From Octopus bimaculoides (lineage: Eukaryota), in NCBI RefSeq assembly GCF_001194135.2, contig NC_069000.1, forward strand, positions 39,425,951 through 39,489,784: a stretch of 63,834 nt of DNA, in the 5' to 3' direction. The stretch's first letter is position 1. Each line of letters opens with the position of its first letter. The notes under the pieces were generated by a model that did no database searches, was not told the origin of the DNA, and was given only the letters and a program-made list of their open reading frames with translations. Shown here piece by piece: positions 1 through 11,187 of this stretch. The translations under genes were made by a program, and so were the position numbers.

Positions 1-15
1 GCCAGCTCGCCACCT
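1..15 (-). mobile_element. SINE family A, 5' head (rest lies outside the window)
   Basis: gccagctcgccacct is the reverse complement of the family-A head (aggyggygagctggc) seen in many copies here. Confidence 0.6.
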
Positions 16-46
16 CGATAGAAAGCATTATTATTACACGAAGAGG

Positions 47-257
47 AGGCGGTGAGGTGGCAGAATCGTTAGCACGCTGGACGGAATTGTTAGCGGTATT
101 TCGCCTGTCGCTACGTTCTGAGTTCAAATTCCGCTGAGATTGACTTTGCCTTTTCATCTTTTCGGGTGTCGATAAATTAAGTTCCAGGGAAACACTGGGG
201 CCGATGTAATCGACTTAATTCCCTCCTCTTCTGGTGTGGCAAAAATTTGAAATCATT
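47..257 (+). mobile_element. SINE family A, near full length
   Basis: Head ggcggtgaggtggcagaatcgttagcacg, B-box-like gagttcaaattcc, body gactttgccttttcatc...gtcgataaattaag, tail aaaatttgaaatcatt; colinear with the copies at 4128, 10980 and 54395. Confidence 0.85.
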
Positions 258-870
258 AATATACAAACTGAAAAAAAAAAATGATTGTTTGATATGCCTA
301 AGGATGCATTCATGTTAAGAAAATCCGAAAAAGCGAGCGTAGTTGTTGCATATAATGTGGATGAGGAAGAACCGTAATCGCTTTAGGGAAAAGAAATATT
401 GTCAGAAATATGGACAAAATATGATGCCAGTCATAAATTCTGGCTTCAAGTTTGTGAGTAATAACAAACACTGCAATAACTAGAGCTTGTCCATCAACTT
501 TACAGAAATATGCAAGACTCAAACGGCTGTTTTATTAAAAGGAAAATATACAGCAAAATAATTCAATTAACTTAGAGAAGTGAATGCGATGAGGCAACAG
601 TTGATGGTCGTCTGTTTCCTCAGGTATATACATTATCATTTAGAGTAAATAAAGTGATGCTGCTAGATACTGGTGCATTAAGTAATGTGTTGAAATTTAT
701 TATTGCCTGGGGCTCGAGAAGCTATTTCCAATATAGTCATAAACGCTATAGCATTTTCTTTTAAATCATACAATGACATCCGTACGTAATGTAACTTTCT
801 CATTTCAGAGTGACACTCTTGGCGGTTCACAGTCTTTCATTTTCGGAAGAAGCGGCAAGAGATAAATTTT

Positions 871-931
871 GTGTAAATATGGAGGTAGTGTAGTGTAAAT
901 ATTGAGGTAGCGTAGTGCAAATATGAAGGTA
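871..931. repeat. 22-bp tandem repeat, ~2.8 copies
   Basis: gtgtaaatatggaggtagtgta / gtgtaaatattgaggtagcgta / gtgcaaatatgaaggta. Confidence 0.85.
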
Positions 932-1080
932 AAGACCAGGTTAGTCTATAATATTATGACGTTTGGATACGGGGATACTTCGACGAAAATGTTGATAATT
1001 TTTAAAAATCATCTGAATCTACGGTCCAAGCGTATCTCGTATTTCGTTTCGGTATTTATATTTATATTAACTGACTTTAG

Positions 1081-1114
1081 GGGATCAAGGAGTAAAACAA
1101 CAAACCGAGTGGGA
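1081..1114 (+). other. Candidate 34-nt microexon or UTR exon
   Basis: Upstream ttaactgactttAG acceptor; downstream GGA|GTGAGT consensus donor. No homology recognised. Confidence 0.2.
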
Positions 1115-1436
1115 GTGAGTGACGGTCAGAGGCGAACGGCCTTCAAAGATTTCGCTCTGAAAGAAGTTGGCATTTTACCCAAAATAAAGCTGCGAATTTT
1201 TATTATAAGCTGTATTTATTTTATCAGCTTTACAACCACACTCACAGACACGCTCACACACACACAAGGGCGCGCGGACACACACCTTTTTTCATGTCAC
1301 CACCTTGAAAAATTGTTCAGCCCCAAGGATAATTTCCTACTTTTCGTAACAAAAAGCCAATGGTAGCCTTAATTCACAAATAAAGAAATATCTATTAATG
1401 CGGTGTTGATCACTCATTTCCATCGTTCGACTTTGG

Positions 1437-1477
1437 TATATACATACATATATATATATATGCATATATCATACATG

Positions 1478-1526
<49 letters not shown>

Positions 1527-1555
1527 GTGTGTGTGTGTGTATGCATACATATATG
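1437..1555. repeat. Compound (TA)n/(TG)n microsatellite
   Basis: Read directly. Confidence 0.95.
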
Positions 1556-2579
1556 GGATGGGATGCGATGGGATTTATTAAAAGGAGCCTGCAACTTCAT
1601 TACTGAGAGTAGAAAAGTATTAATAATATTCTGCACGAGTGACATGTGCGAAAAACGATAGACAGTTTGGACGGATATACAACACACATATGGAAGCTAT
1701 ATCAACCGTTTGTTCAGAGAAGATAAGAAGGATATAGCTTGAAATAACATACGAAGCCATCAAACATTTTACTTGCAAGATACACACAAGAAATCTAAAA
1801 CAAAAGCAAAACAAGATGTAAACCACTGAATCTCATGAAAAAAAAACAGATTCAAATATCTGACAGAACACGAGATAAAACATTAATAGCAGTAATTCTA
1901 GAAATTGAAATGGATCCTACGTAACTACATGATCACACGTGATAAATGACAGAAAAGTATCTAAAACAAAATATACGTTAAAAAATATGGTGAAAAATAT
2001 AGGATGATTTTATAAAGTGTCTAACTTGGAAATTTGTTGTTAGTTTACTTACAAACAATAAAAAGAAAAACACCTGCAAAACTTAAGTGATGAATTTTGT
2101 TTTAGTTTTCATTCATTCATTTTGTTTTTATTATTATTCTGTTTTTATGTATGCAATTCCATTTTGTAGGTTGATAAATAGTTAAACGACGATATACAAT
2201 TATAAAACACTGTTAGGGCAACGATAACACAAAAATATCGTGGTATAGCTTTAATGAATGACTCAGCGAGGAAAACACAGAACACAATTGTCAAGTACTA
2301 AATTGAATGTAAACTCTTGATTTATTGAAATATCTCCGCCATCAGAGATTGTAGGCAAATCACTTGGTGATGTAATTTAGAATGTTTGAGGACAAGAGGG
2401 CAGCTATGGATATGTGTTGATAGCTATTGTTCTACCTTACGATCAGCAATAACATTAGATATTTAAATATCATTAAAAAGCAGTAAAACACAGGGCGTCA
2501 TGACGTAAATATGTTGCATGTTTGAAATGATAATATATAGAGATAACTGATCCCGAATAGCCGTTGATAGGCACTTGAG

Positions 2580-3070
2580 AAACAAAGATACATAGGTTTG
2601 ATATATAGTAGGTGATATAAATGTGCGTACTTCGAAATGGTCGCGTATAAATGACAAAAAACAAGAAAAGATTGAAAAGTACGGGCTACTAAAAGTGAAA
2701 ATTGCAAGAATATGGAATATGAGGAGAGTGTCTGTCATTCCAGTAGTTGTAGGTGGCACGAGGAGCATTGACAAGAGAAATGTGTCAAAGAAATCGGAAT
2801 TGACATGAGAGCAGAGCAAGCCCGAAAAACTGCTCTGCTGGGGACAGCTAGGATTTTGAGATTGGTGCATGGATACTGCATGTCTCCCACAATATTTAAC
2901 AAGTAAACACCAAAGCTTATAATCTTCGGAAAGAAACCCTGTGAGACCTTTGACAGCAGGTTGCTGTCCCCTCTCAAACAATTTACCAGAGTAAACAAGA
3001 TCGAGTTCTCCGAGAAGTAAACCAAGGACAACAACAATAATAAAAATGATAATGATGATGATGATGATGT
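2580..3070 (+). mobile_element. R4/Dong-type (RLE) non-LTR retrotransposon, degenerate 3' end
   Basis: INDKKQEKIEKYGLLKVKIARIWNMRRVSVIPVVVGG (ORF 2623-2808), then after a frameshift KTALLGTARILR (2826-2861), the typical C-terminus of this clade; 3' UTR followed by a (CAA/TAA/GAT)n tail. Confidence 0.85.
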
Positions 3071-3120
3071 TAATACACCAGGCACTTGCTCTCATTTGTT
3101 TTGCTCTTAACTGATTGCAG

Positions 3121-3347
3121 TTACCAAACGCCCAACCTTGGTCTACGTTTGGCCTATGACGGCTGTTCTGTCAATGAGATGAGCTGCTGAAAGACCTATC
3201 ACAGCAAAGATGCCCACACCACTTCACCCTTCTTTTCGCCGTCGTCGTCACCCACATCATCGCAGTGATTCAGATATTTCTGTAGGTGCGGCGGCCTCAA
3301 ATCGTGGCGCTGCATCACTAAGGATGGCATCCCATGACCACCACTGA
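3121..3347 (+). other. Candidate exon (strong acceptor, GC-rich unique sequence); reading frame unresolved
   Basis: Acceptor ctctcatttgttttgctcttaactgattgcAG ends at 3120. Frames give YQTPNLGLRLAYDGCSVNEMSC* or TKRPTLVYVWPMTAVLSMR* followed in frame by the 45-aa ORF MPTPLHPSFRRRRHPHHRSDSDISV...HDHH* (3210-3347). Confidence 0.4.
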
Positions 3348-3566
3348 CCCCCTGGAATTGACTAATACTCTATTTTATAGACACCACAGGGATAAAGGAC
3401 ATAGTTTACTTCGGCGTCACTTGAACTCAGATTATGTTGCTTTCAGAAAAGTAACGCATGGTAATTTCCCCAACACTACAACTATTCCACTATTTCGATC
3501 ATCGATAATGGCTTCAAATTTTGGCAAAAAGCCAGCAAGTTCAGCCTGTTATTTGTTGCTATCACT

Positions 3567-3616
<50 letters not shown>
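3567..3616. repeat. (TAG)n microsatellite
   Basis: Read directly. Confidence 0.95.
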
Positions 3617-3663
3617 TCTTCGCTGATATCGATAACAGTGTAGCAATTAAATTATAGAATATA

Positions 3664-3990
3664 CGAGGCTTGCTGAACAGTTCAAAAGCTGATTAAGATA
3701 CTTTCATGGAACGTAAAGAAATGAGAGATATTTATTAAGAAGAGTCCTCCAGGCGGTCCATACAATTCTCCCGTCGGTGATGTAGTCTTTGGATCACATT
3801 CTTGAAGAGGTTTTTCATCTTGTCGCTCAAAACAGTCATCCACAGCAGATATGTGGTCATCCTCATGGCTATAATATTTCCCAGCCAAGTGGGTTTTTTT
3901 TTTCTTATTGGAGAACAGATTACCCGTTTGTAATCCCCCTTGCAGATCGACTTTTATAATCGAGCATAAGAGGCAATTTGTTTTCATTGT
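3664..3990 (-). mobile_element. Mariner transposon, degenerate 3' portion with TIR
   Basis: Minus ORF 3682-3987 contains KTHLAGKYYSHEDDHISAVDDCFERQDEK, resembling the mariner transposase C-terminus; TA (3662-3663) followed by TIR-like cgaggcttgctgaacagttc. Confidence 0.75.
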
Positions 3991-4127
3991 TTAAACGACT
4001 ATATGATCATGGGATTAAAACGTGGGGTTGAGGCATTAATTGTCCCACAAATAATTTTCTTGAGCATTGCGTCCTTTACCATACAATTTCATTTATTACT
4101 GTGTGACATTTTATGAATTATAATATT

Positions 4128-4320
4128 CTTTTCTACTCTAGGCACAAGTCCCGAAATTTTTGAGGAGGGGGCCAGTCGATTACATCGACGCCAGTACGTA
4201 ATTTATCAACCCCGATAGGATGAAAGGCAAAGTAGAATTTGAACTCAGAACGTAAAGACAGACGAAATACCACTAAGAATTTCGCCCGGCGTGCTAACGT
4301 TTCTGCCAGCTCACCGCCTT
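4128..4320 (-). mobile_element. SINE family A, full length with target-site duplication
   Basis: Colinear with the 54395 copy; 16-bp flanking direct repeat tatgaattataatatt (4112-4127) / tatgagttataatatt (4321-4336). Confidence 0.92.
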
Positions 4321-6438
4321 TATGAGTTATAATATTAAATCTTCTAATTATATATTGAAAAACATCCGTCAATCCTTCTCTCTCATGTATATTAATCTAA
4401 AATGTTGCAGCACTACGCTGTAAAAAGACTTATTATGTTGTACAAATTTAATTGAGCTCGTTATACTAATGAAATTAGATTTCGTTCAAATCAAACAAGA
4501 TTATCCGATACTTTCAGCGAAGATATTTGAAATATACTCAAAACTTTTCTTTTATATGTAATAAATAAACAATCTTCCAGAGGCAAAGCAGATGTAAGAT
4601 TTTTCCAATTTTCAAACCAAAATATTTGTATACTTCTAAATTCAATAATTTCGAAAAAAATCCATCTAATTAGTATTTATCATAATCATACCTTCTAGAA
4701 CGAATATAAGATGCTGATATGGTTTATAAAGTAAGATATATTTAATTACGATCAATTATTATGAGAAGTTCACAAGAATGATGGAAATATTTTAATTGGA
4801 AAGATATTGATGTATTCCTATTTTCTAAAATAAAATATTCCCATTTGTGCTTTCTATATGTTTTATTAGACAAGTGTTTTATTCCAAAGATTTAATTAGA
4901 TCCAGCGGGGGGTTGACTCTACAGTAAAATATCTTGCATTCCTTTGTAGATTTTCCATTTAATGAAAAACTGATTTTAAAAACAATTCATCAGAGACGAC
5001 AGTTACTTTTAAACATTCAAAATAAACGTAAAATGAATTTATGTTTTGTTAAATAATATTTCATATAACTATAGAGAGGAATACTAAATTATATTTAAAT
5101 GTGCAACGAAAAAGCAGCCTCTAATAAAATCAACGAAGTTATGTGTTGTACATTATATGTTATATGGCTATGGCAACTTTCAGAAATAATTAGAAATTAT
5201 GAAAATCATTCGAAATTGTTAAGTCATCCATTGCATTCAATGCGCCCATGTATATGTGCGTATATAAGTCTGCGCACAAGTGTGTATGTATAAATGCACA
5301 TTGCTTTAGTATATTTCTATTTTAAATACTTATTATGGCCTCGGAAAAAATATCTGTCAAAAAGATATACATATTTCAGAATTCAAAATATTTCATTAAG
5401 ACCAGAGCGAAGCGTAGAATCATATAAATTATTTATAGTCATCCAGATATAATATATCTAAGGACAAAACTGCGGATGCTACAAATATAGAAATAAATAA
5501 TTAACGCATGTGAATGTTGTACCAAAAGTAATGCGAAGGTGGTTTTGACTTTGATGCACTTTTAGTTAAGTAGCTATTTCAATATAGTAATTTTTCTTTC
5601 TGTATTTATGCAACACAGGTAAATAATTGATTCCAAACAGAAGCAACGCACCATTATTAGATTCTTGACGAAGCGGATATACAGGCTGTTGGACGACTAC
5701 AGTAGATGTCTTGTACGAAGAAAACACCATATAAATCTTTGGCATCAAATCTGGCAATCAGCAACTCGGAGTGATCAGTGGTTTCCCTTCTATCATACAG
5801 TTCTGATTAAGCTAAACTAGTGGCATGCGATTTCCACCTGTGGGGTCCCATGTCGAACAAATCTTAATGGATAACATTTTGAAAAATGAGGACGAGGTAT
5901 AACTGGCTTTAAAGGAGAGCATACCTTATTTTTGACAAAGAACGCGTTCAAGCTTTGTTCAACGATGACTTAAATATACAGCCTTTGATAGAGAATGTAT
6001 TGAGTAGTAGATTTACACGGATTCTACGAAAATAAGTACTTTGAAATACCTTTGTTTCTGAATAAAAATATTATACCCGCATTTTGTGTACGTTCATGGC
6101 CTTCGTGTAACTATGATATTTGAAACACAGCATCGTTAATGTTAATAAAGGTCAGTGGGATTAGTATAGAGAACATTCCAGAGATAAATTATTGTTAATA
6201 GAGAATATCAATTGTATCTTGACAATTGTTCAGAACTTTCACTGGAAACTGCTTCCAATTTCTTTCCAGCAAACTAGAATAACTACTGGCAAGTGTTAAT
6301 CAGGCAAAGTAAAAAGAAGATCTCAAAGTCAACCTACTTAATGGTGTCTAATCTGCATACTGCTACATATTTAGATATATGTATGGATATATGCATATTT
6401 TTATATATCGTTTATACTATTATATGATCGAACGCCAG

Positions 6439-6457
6439 GCATCTTTTCCAGGTAAGT
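6439..6457 (+). promoter_or_regulatory. Consensus splice donor fused to an acceptor-like tract (gcatcttttccAG|GTAAGT)
   Basis: CAG|GTAAGT at 6449-6457 preceded by a short pyrimidine run; preceding frame reads MIERQASFP. Confidence 0.3.
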
Positions 6458-6523
6458 TTACATTATAATAATTACAATGCACACTCTTCTACTATCTCTT
6501 CTCTGTCTATCTCTCTCCCTCTC

Positions 6524-6541
6524 TCATCATCATCATCATCA

Positions 6542-6606
<65 letters not shown>

Positions 6607-6719
6607 ATTATTATTATTATTATTATTATAGCTGCTATAGACGTTGTTGTCGTTGTTTTTGTTGCTATTCTTAGTACTGTAGCTACAGTAGTTGCTGTTA
6701 CTGTTGTTCTTGCTATTAC

Positions 6720-6770
<51 letters not shown>

Positions 6771-6805
6771 CTACAACAATAATAATACTATTAATAATAA
6801 TAATG
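6524..6805. repeat. Compound trinucleotide array (CAT)n-(ATT)n-spacer-(AAT)n
   Basis: Read directly; the ATT and AAT arms are reverse complements. Confidence 0.9.
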
Positions 6806-7589
6806 TAAGATTGTAATCATTGTCGTAGAGTAATAACTGTTGTAGAATCATTTTTTTTTTTTTTTGTAATAGACTAAATTACATGCAGACGCTTTATGAC
6901 ACGTACGTCTATCGCTTCCACTCATTAAAAAAAGTGATATATAAAGAATATAAGCCGATTTGATATACTACGCTATCTAATTTCAGTATATATATGAGAA
7001 AAAAACACGTCCTGAAGCATTCGTATATCGGAAATAGTTTTGTACGTATAAGCCTACAGGTCAGAATAGATATACTATCTGTTTTTCAATATTCTCGAGC
7101 ATGTATTGAAAAACATAGAATACACTTCACATGAAATCGGATATGTTTTGCTGATCGAGGTATAAATAACACACTAAATAGAAGCAAGATTATTCGCCCT
7201 CTTGACAAATATGTATTTGTTATCCTATATAATATCTCACGACAGGCAAATCTGCGTGGATGGGTGGATTTTTTTTAGGGAATATGTTTTGAGTCGTTGT
7301 AATATGTGGTACGTAGGGTAAATGTGTTTTAGTTATAGTGCGACTTGATACACGAAAATGTCTTTTCAAAATTCTGGTGCATTAATTAACGCTGTTGAGT
7401 TTCGGCGATTTGACATACTGTTCAGCTTCACCTGTACAAGTCCTGATTGCGGGTTTGACGGCGCAATGAGAGAAAAAGTTGTGGCTAGTAGCTGAAATAA
7501 AAGACATTTAAAGATGCCTGAGGAACAGATGGTATGTGTAAGTGTACTGATAGGATGACGTGAATTTGTAGCGAGAGCCAAAGATCGAT

Positions 7590-7752
7590 CTCACACGCAC
7601 GCACGCACGCATGCACACACACACACGCATCCACAAACACCCACACACTCTTTCACACAAACGCAAACAAAAACGTATTCCTATGAATATGTACACGCAC
7701 ACACATATGGACACGCACACACATAAATGTGTGTGTGTGTGTGTCTGTGTGG
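7590..7752. repeat. Degenerate (CA)n...(TG)n microsatellite
   Basis: Read directly. Confidence 0.85.
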
Positions 7753-7811
7753 ATCGTTGGCGATTTTTTTCCTCCATCTTCCTTCTCTCTTGGACTTTCC
7801 TCCGTCTCCTA

Positions 7812-7843
7812 TTTCTGACGAAGAGTTTTCTCGAAACATAAAA
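7812..7843 (+). ncRNA. Minimal type-I hammerhead-ribozyme-like motif inside a dispersed repeat (~7770-7940)
   Basis: ttt-CTGACGA-a-GAG-tttt-CTC-GAAAC-ata-aaa: intact core and helix II, but ATA instead of GTH at the cleavage triplet. A related downstream flank recurs at 42062-42149. Confidence 0.55.
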
Positions 7844-8374
7844 CCACCTTTTTTTCCATGCTCGTCTGCTAATATTTTGTATGTACAATGTCCTCGGGTT
7901 GTTGTATTTTTCTTGATGCGTTTGGCCTTCAGTTTTTGGGAGATATAATATAAGGATTATGAGACGTATTTCATTACTTAGTCTTGTTTATATATCAGCG
8001 CATTCTATTTTCTATTCATTGGCTTATTCAATAAAATTTAGAACATACAATCCAACGAAATTTTACTCTTGTTTCTTTTCTTTTAACTCTGATATTTAAG
8101 GGAAATATTATTAAGTAAATGTACATGAGGTGTATAATCTCTGGAATGTTTCGATTTAGCAGAGTCCTTGTGTTTCTACCTCAAGATCCGCTACATACTA
8201 ATACTCATTACATAATAATAACGATACGATGTGTCAGCTAATATGTCAAGACATAAAATTTACGATACTTTGTTGAAAGAATACCGACGAAACGATTGTA
8301 GTATGATGTAATAAATCGTATTGAACAATCCAGTCCCTCATTTCAAATTTATTTTTAACACATATATGAAGATG

Positions 8375-8377
8375 TAC

Positions 8378-8408
<31 letters not shown>

Positions 8409-8528
8409 AGAATACATATGTATGTGTATAAAGATATATGTATATATATATATACATGTATACATTTGTGTACGTGCGATTGTGTGTGTGTGTGTGTGTG
8501 TGTTTCTGTGTGTGTGTGTGTGTGTGTG

Positions 8529-8560
<32 letters not shown>

Positions 8561-8562
8561 GA
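8375..8562. repeat. Compound (TA)/(TG) microsatellite before a gap
   Basis: Read directly. Confidence 0.9.
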
Positions 8563-9588
8563 GTGATCAGCCACTTGTACATNNNNNNNNNNNNNNNNNN
8601 NNNNNNNNNNNNNNNNNNNNNNNNNNNNNNNNNNNNNNNNNNNNNNNNNNNNNNNNNNNNNNNNNNNNNNNNNNNNNNNNNNNNNNNNNNNNNNNNNNNN
8701 NNNNNNNNNNNNNNNNNNNNNNNNNNNNNNNNNNNNNNNNNNNNNNNNNNNNNNNNNNNNNNNNNNNNNNNNNNNNNNNNNNNNNNNNNNNNNNNNNNNN
8801 NNNNNNNNNNNNNNNNNNNNNNNNNNNNNNNNNNNNNNNNNNNNNNNNNNNNNNNNNNNNNNNNNNNNNNNNNNNNNNNNNNNNNNNNNNNNNNNNNNNN
8901 NNNNNNNNNNNNNNNNNNNNNNNNNAAGTTTATAGAAATCCACATTTTCCACTTTTTCGTAAAAATGTTTACATCAATGGAATTTTCTCGATCTGAACTT
9001 TCCAGTGCAGTAATTAGATTTTTAAAATTCCGTTTACTTTGTGTTATTTAAGGGAGATTTGGCTGTCGTTTCTAGCAACATTTATATTCCTTCCCTTCTC
9101 CTTGTACCGGCGTTGTTATAGGGAGTAAGAGTAAAAGAGGGAGAGGGAGAGAGAGAGAAAGTGATACATACAAAGTCATAGATTAACTTGGTTACATTTT
9201 ACACTCTTATTTCTTCTTCCTCTCTCTAATATAATACCTTTCCTCTACCTCTAACATATTTTTCATAACATAGAAACGTAAAAACACACACATCCACACA
9301 TACGTGATCTGTGACAATAACATACACATAAACACATACACAATTCAACATTATAGATATAAGATTTAGTTTCTGTGTTTCTTATATAAACACGTGCACG
9401 CATTGCTATTTTATAACTGTCTTCCGTTCTCTCTTTCTCTCTCTTCATTGCAACCATCTCTATTCCTTTCTCTCCCCTCTCTCTCTCTTCCTCTTCTCTC
9501 TCACAAAACATTCACTACAATATAACTCAGGTTCGTCAATGTTTGGTAAATATACTACGATTTTAACTAGGGTGTTAGTGTTAGGGTT

Positions 9589-9591
<3 letters not shown>

Positions 9592-9655
<64 letters not shown>

Positions 9656-9665
9656 ATCTCTCTCT
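9592..9665. repeat. (CT)n microsatellite
   Basis: Read directly. Confidence 0.95.
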
Positions 9666-10419
9666 TTCCCCCTCTTTTACTCTTACTCTCTATATCATAT
9701 ATTGAGCGTGTAATTACTGCACTGGAAAGTTCACATCGAAANNNNNNNNNNNNNNNNNNNNNNNNNNNNNNNNNNNNNNNNNNNNNNNNNNNNNNNNNNN
9801 NNNNNNNNNNNNNNNNNNNNNNNNNNNNNNNNNNNNNNNNNNNNNNNNNNNNNNNNNNNNNNNNNNNNNNNNNNNNNNNNNNNNNNNNNNNNNNNNNNNN
9901 NNNNNNNNNNNNNNNNNNNNNNNNNNNNNNNNNNNNNNNNNNNNNNNNNNNNNNNNNNNNNNNNNNNNNNNNNNNNNNNNNNNNNNNNNNNNNNNNNNNN
10001 NNNNNNNNNNNNNNNNNNNNNNNNNNNNNNNNNNNNNNNNNNNNNNNNNNNNNNNNNNNNNNNNNNNNNNNNNNNNNNNNNNNNNNNNNNNNNNNNNNNN
10101 NNNNNNNNNNNNNNNNNNNNNNNNNNNNNNNNNNNNNNNNNNNNNNNNNNNNNNNNNNNNNNNNNNNNNNNNNNNNNNNNNNNNNNNNNNNNNNNNNNNN
10201 NNNNNNNNNNNNNNNNNNNNNNNNNNNNNNNNNNNNNNNNNNNNNNNNNNNNNNNNNNNNNNNNNNNNNNNNNNNNNNNNNNNNNNNNNNNNNNNNNNNN
10301 NNNNNNNNNNNNNNNNNNNNNNNNNNNNNNNNNNNNNNNNNNNNNNNNNNNNNNNNNNNNNNNNNNNNNNNNNNNNNNNNNNNNNNNNNNNNNNNNNNGC
10401 TTTCTTTTTTAGTTGATTT

Positions 10420-10488
10420 TCACCTAGCAAGACTTATCGTAGAAGGCGTAATAAGTCACACCCGGACAAGGTCGGGTTATACTGCTAG
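10420..10488 (+). mobile_element. Helitron-type 3' terminus
   Basis: GC hairpin acccgg-acaagg-tcgggt (10460-10477), 7-nt spacer, CTAG (10485-10488) followed by T. The body probably lies in gap 9742-10398. Confidence 0.55.
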
Positions 10489-10979
10489 TATGTATATAAA
10501 CATGAGTATGAGTGCATATATAAATATATAATATATACATACACAAACACATATATATATATACATACATGTACACACACACACATACATACATATATAT
10601 ATACACATATATATATGTGTGTATATATATGCATATATACGCACACTTAAATTGTTAGAAAATTACATAAGTAGATAAATACATACAGCAATATTTACAG
10701 TCGTATCTCTTCAGGCGTATGAAGCATTCACTTATCTAAAACGGTTTGTAAACATTAGCTTCTTCGTGTAATTATATTGCTTTAGTTTACCAGAATAAAA
10801 TTTTGGAATATGTGCTTGTCTACAATGTTCACGTTGTTTCAAATTTGAACGGAAAGTAAAATACAAACCGTTATTTTCATAATTACCCTGCTTGTATTGT
10901 AGCAGTGAATTCAAAAGTCGAATGAATTCACTCCGTTATTTATTACGCTGCGAAAATTATGCCGTCATAACAATTTATA

Positions 10980-11187
10980 AACGCGGTGAGCTGGCAGAAA
11001 TGTTAGCATGCTGGGTGAAATGCCAAGCGGTATTTCGTCTGCCTCTACGTTTTGAGTTCAAATTCCGCCGATGTCGACTTTGCCTTGCATTATTTCGGGG
11101 TGGATAAATTAAGTACCAGTTGCGTACTGGTTCGATCTTATCGACTGGCACCTTCCCCAGAATTTTCGGGTCTTCTGCATAGAGTAA
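10980..11187 (+). mobile_element. SINE family A, full length
   Basis: Colinear with other copies; 11-bp flanking repeat aacaatttata (10969-10979) / aacagtttata (11188-11198). Confidence 0.9.

Noticed and set aside
589-893. Two-exon model MRQQLMVVCFL|RVTLLAVHSLSFSEEAARDKF... resembling a signal peptide; the other frame gives SDTLGGSQSFIFGRSGKR*
   Set aside because: Donor GTATAT is weak, the model runs into a 22-bp tandem repeat and stops at 40 aa; T-rich DNA readily gives hydrophobic peptides.
923-1366. 147-aa ORF
   Set aside because: Low-complexity composition, includes a CA repeat, no motif.
2463-3095. 210-aa minus ORF
   Set aside because: Antisense shadow of the R4/Dong fragment and its trinucleotide tail.
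5640-5740. KQRTIIRFL, like a mariner N-terminus
   Set aside because: A single short motif without TIR or downstream support.
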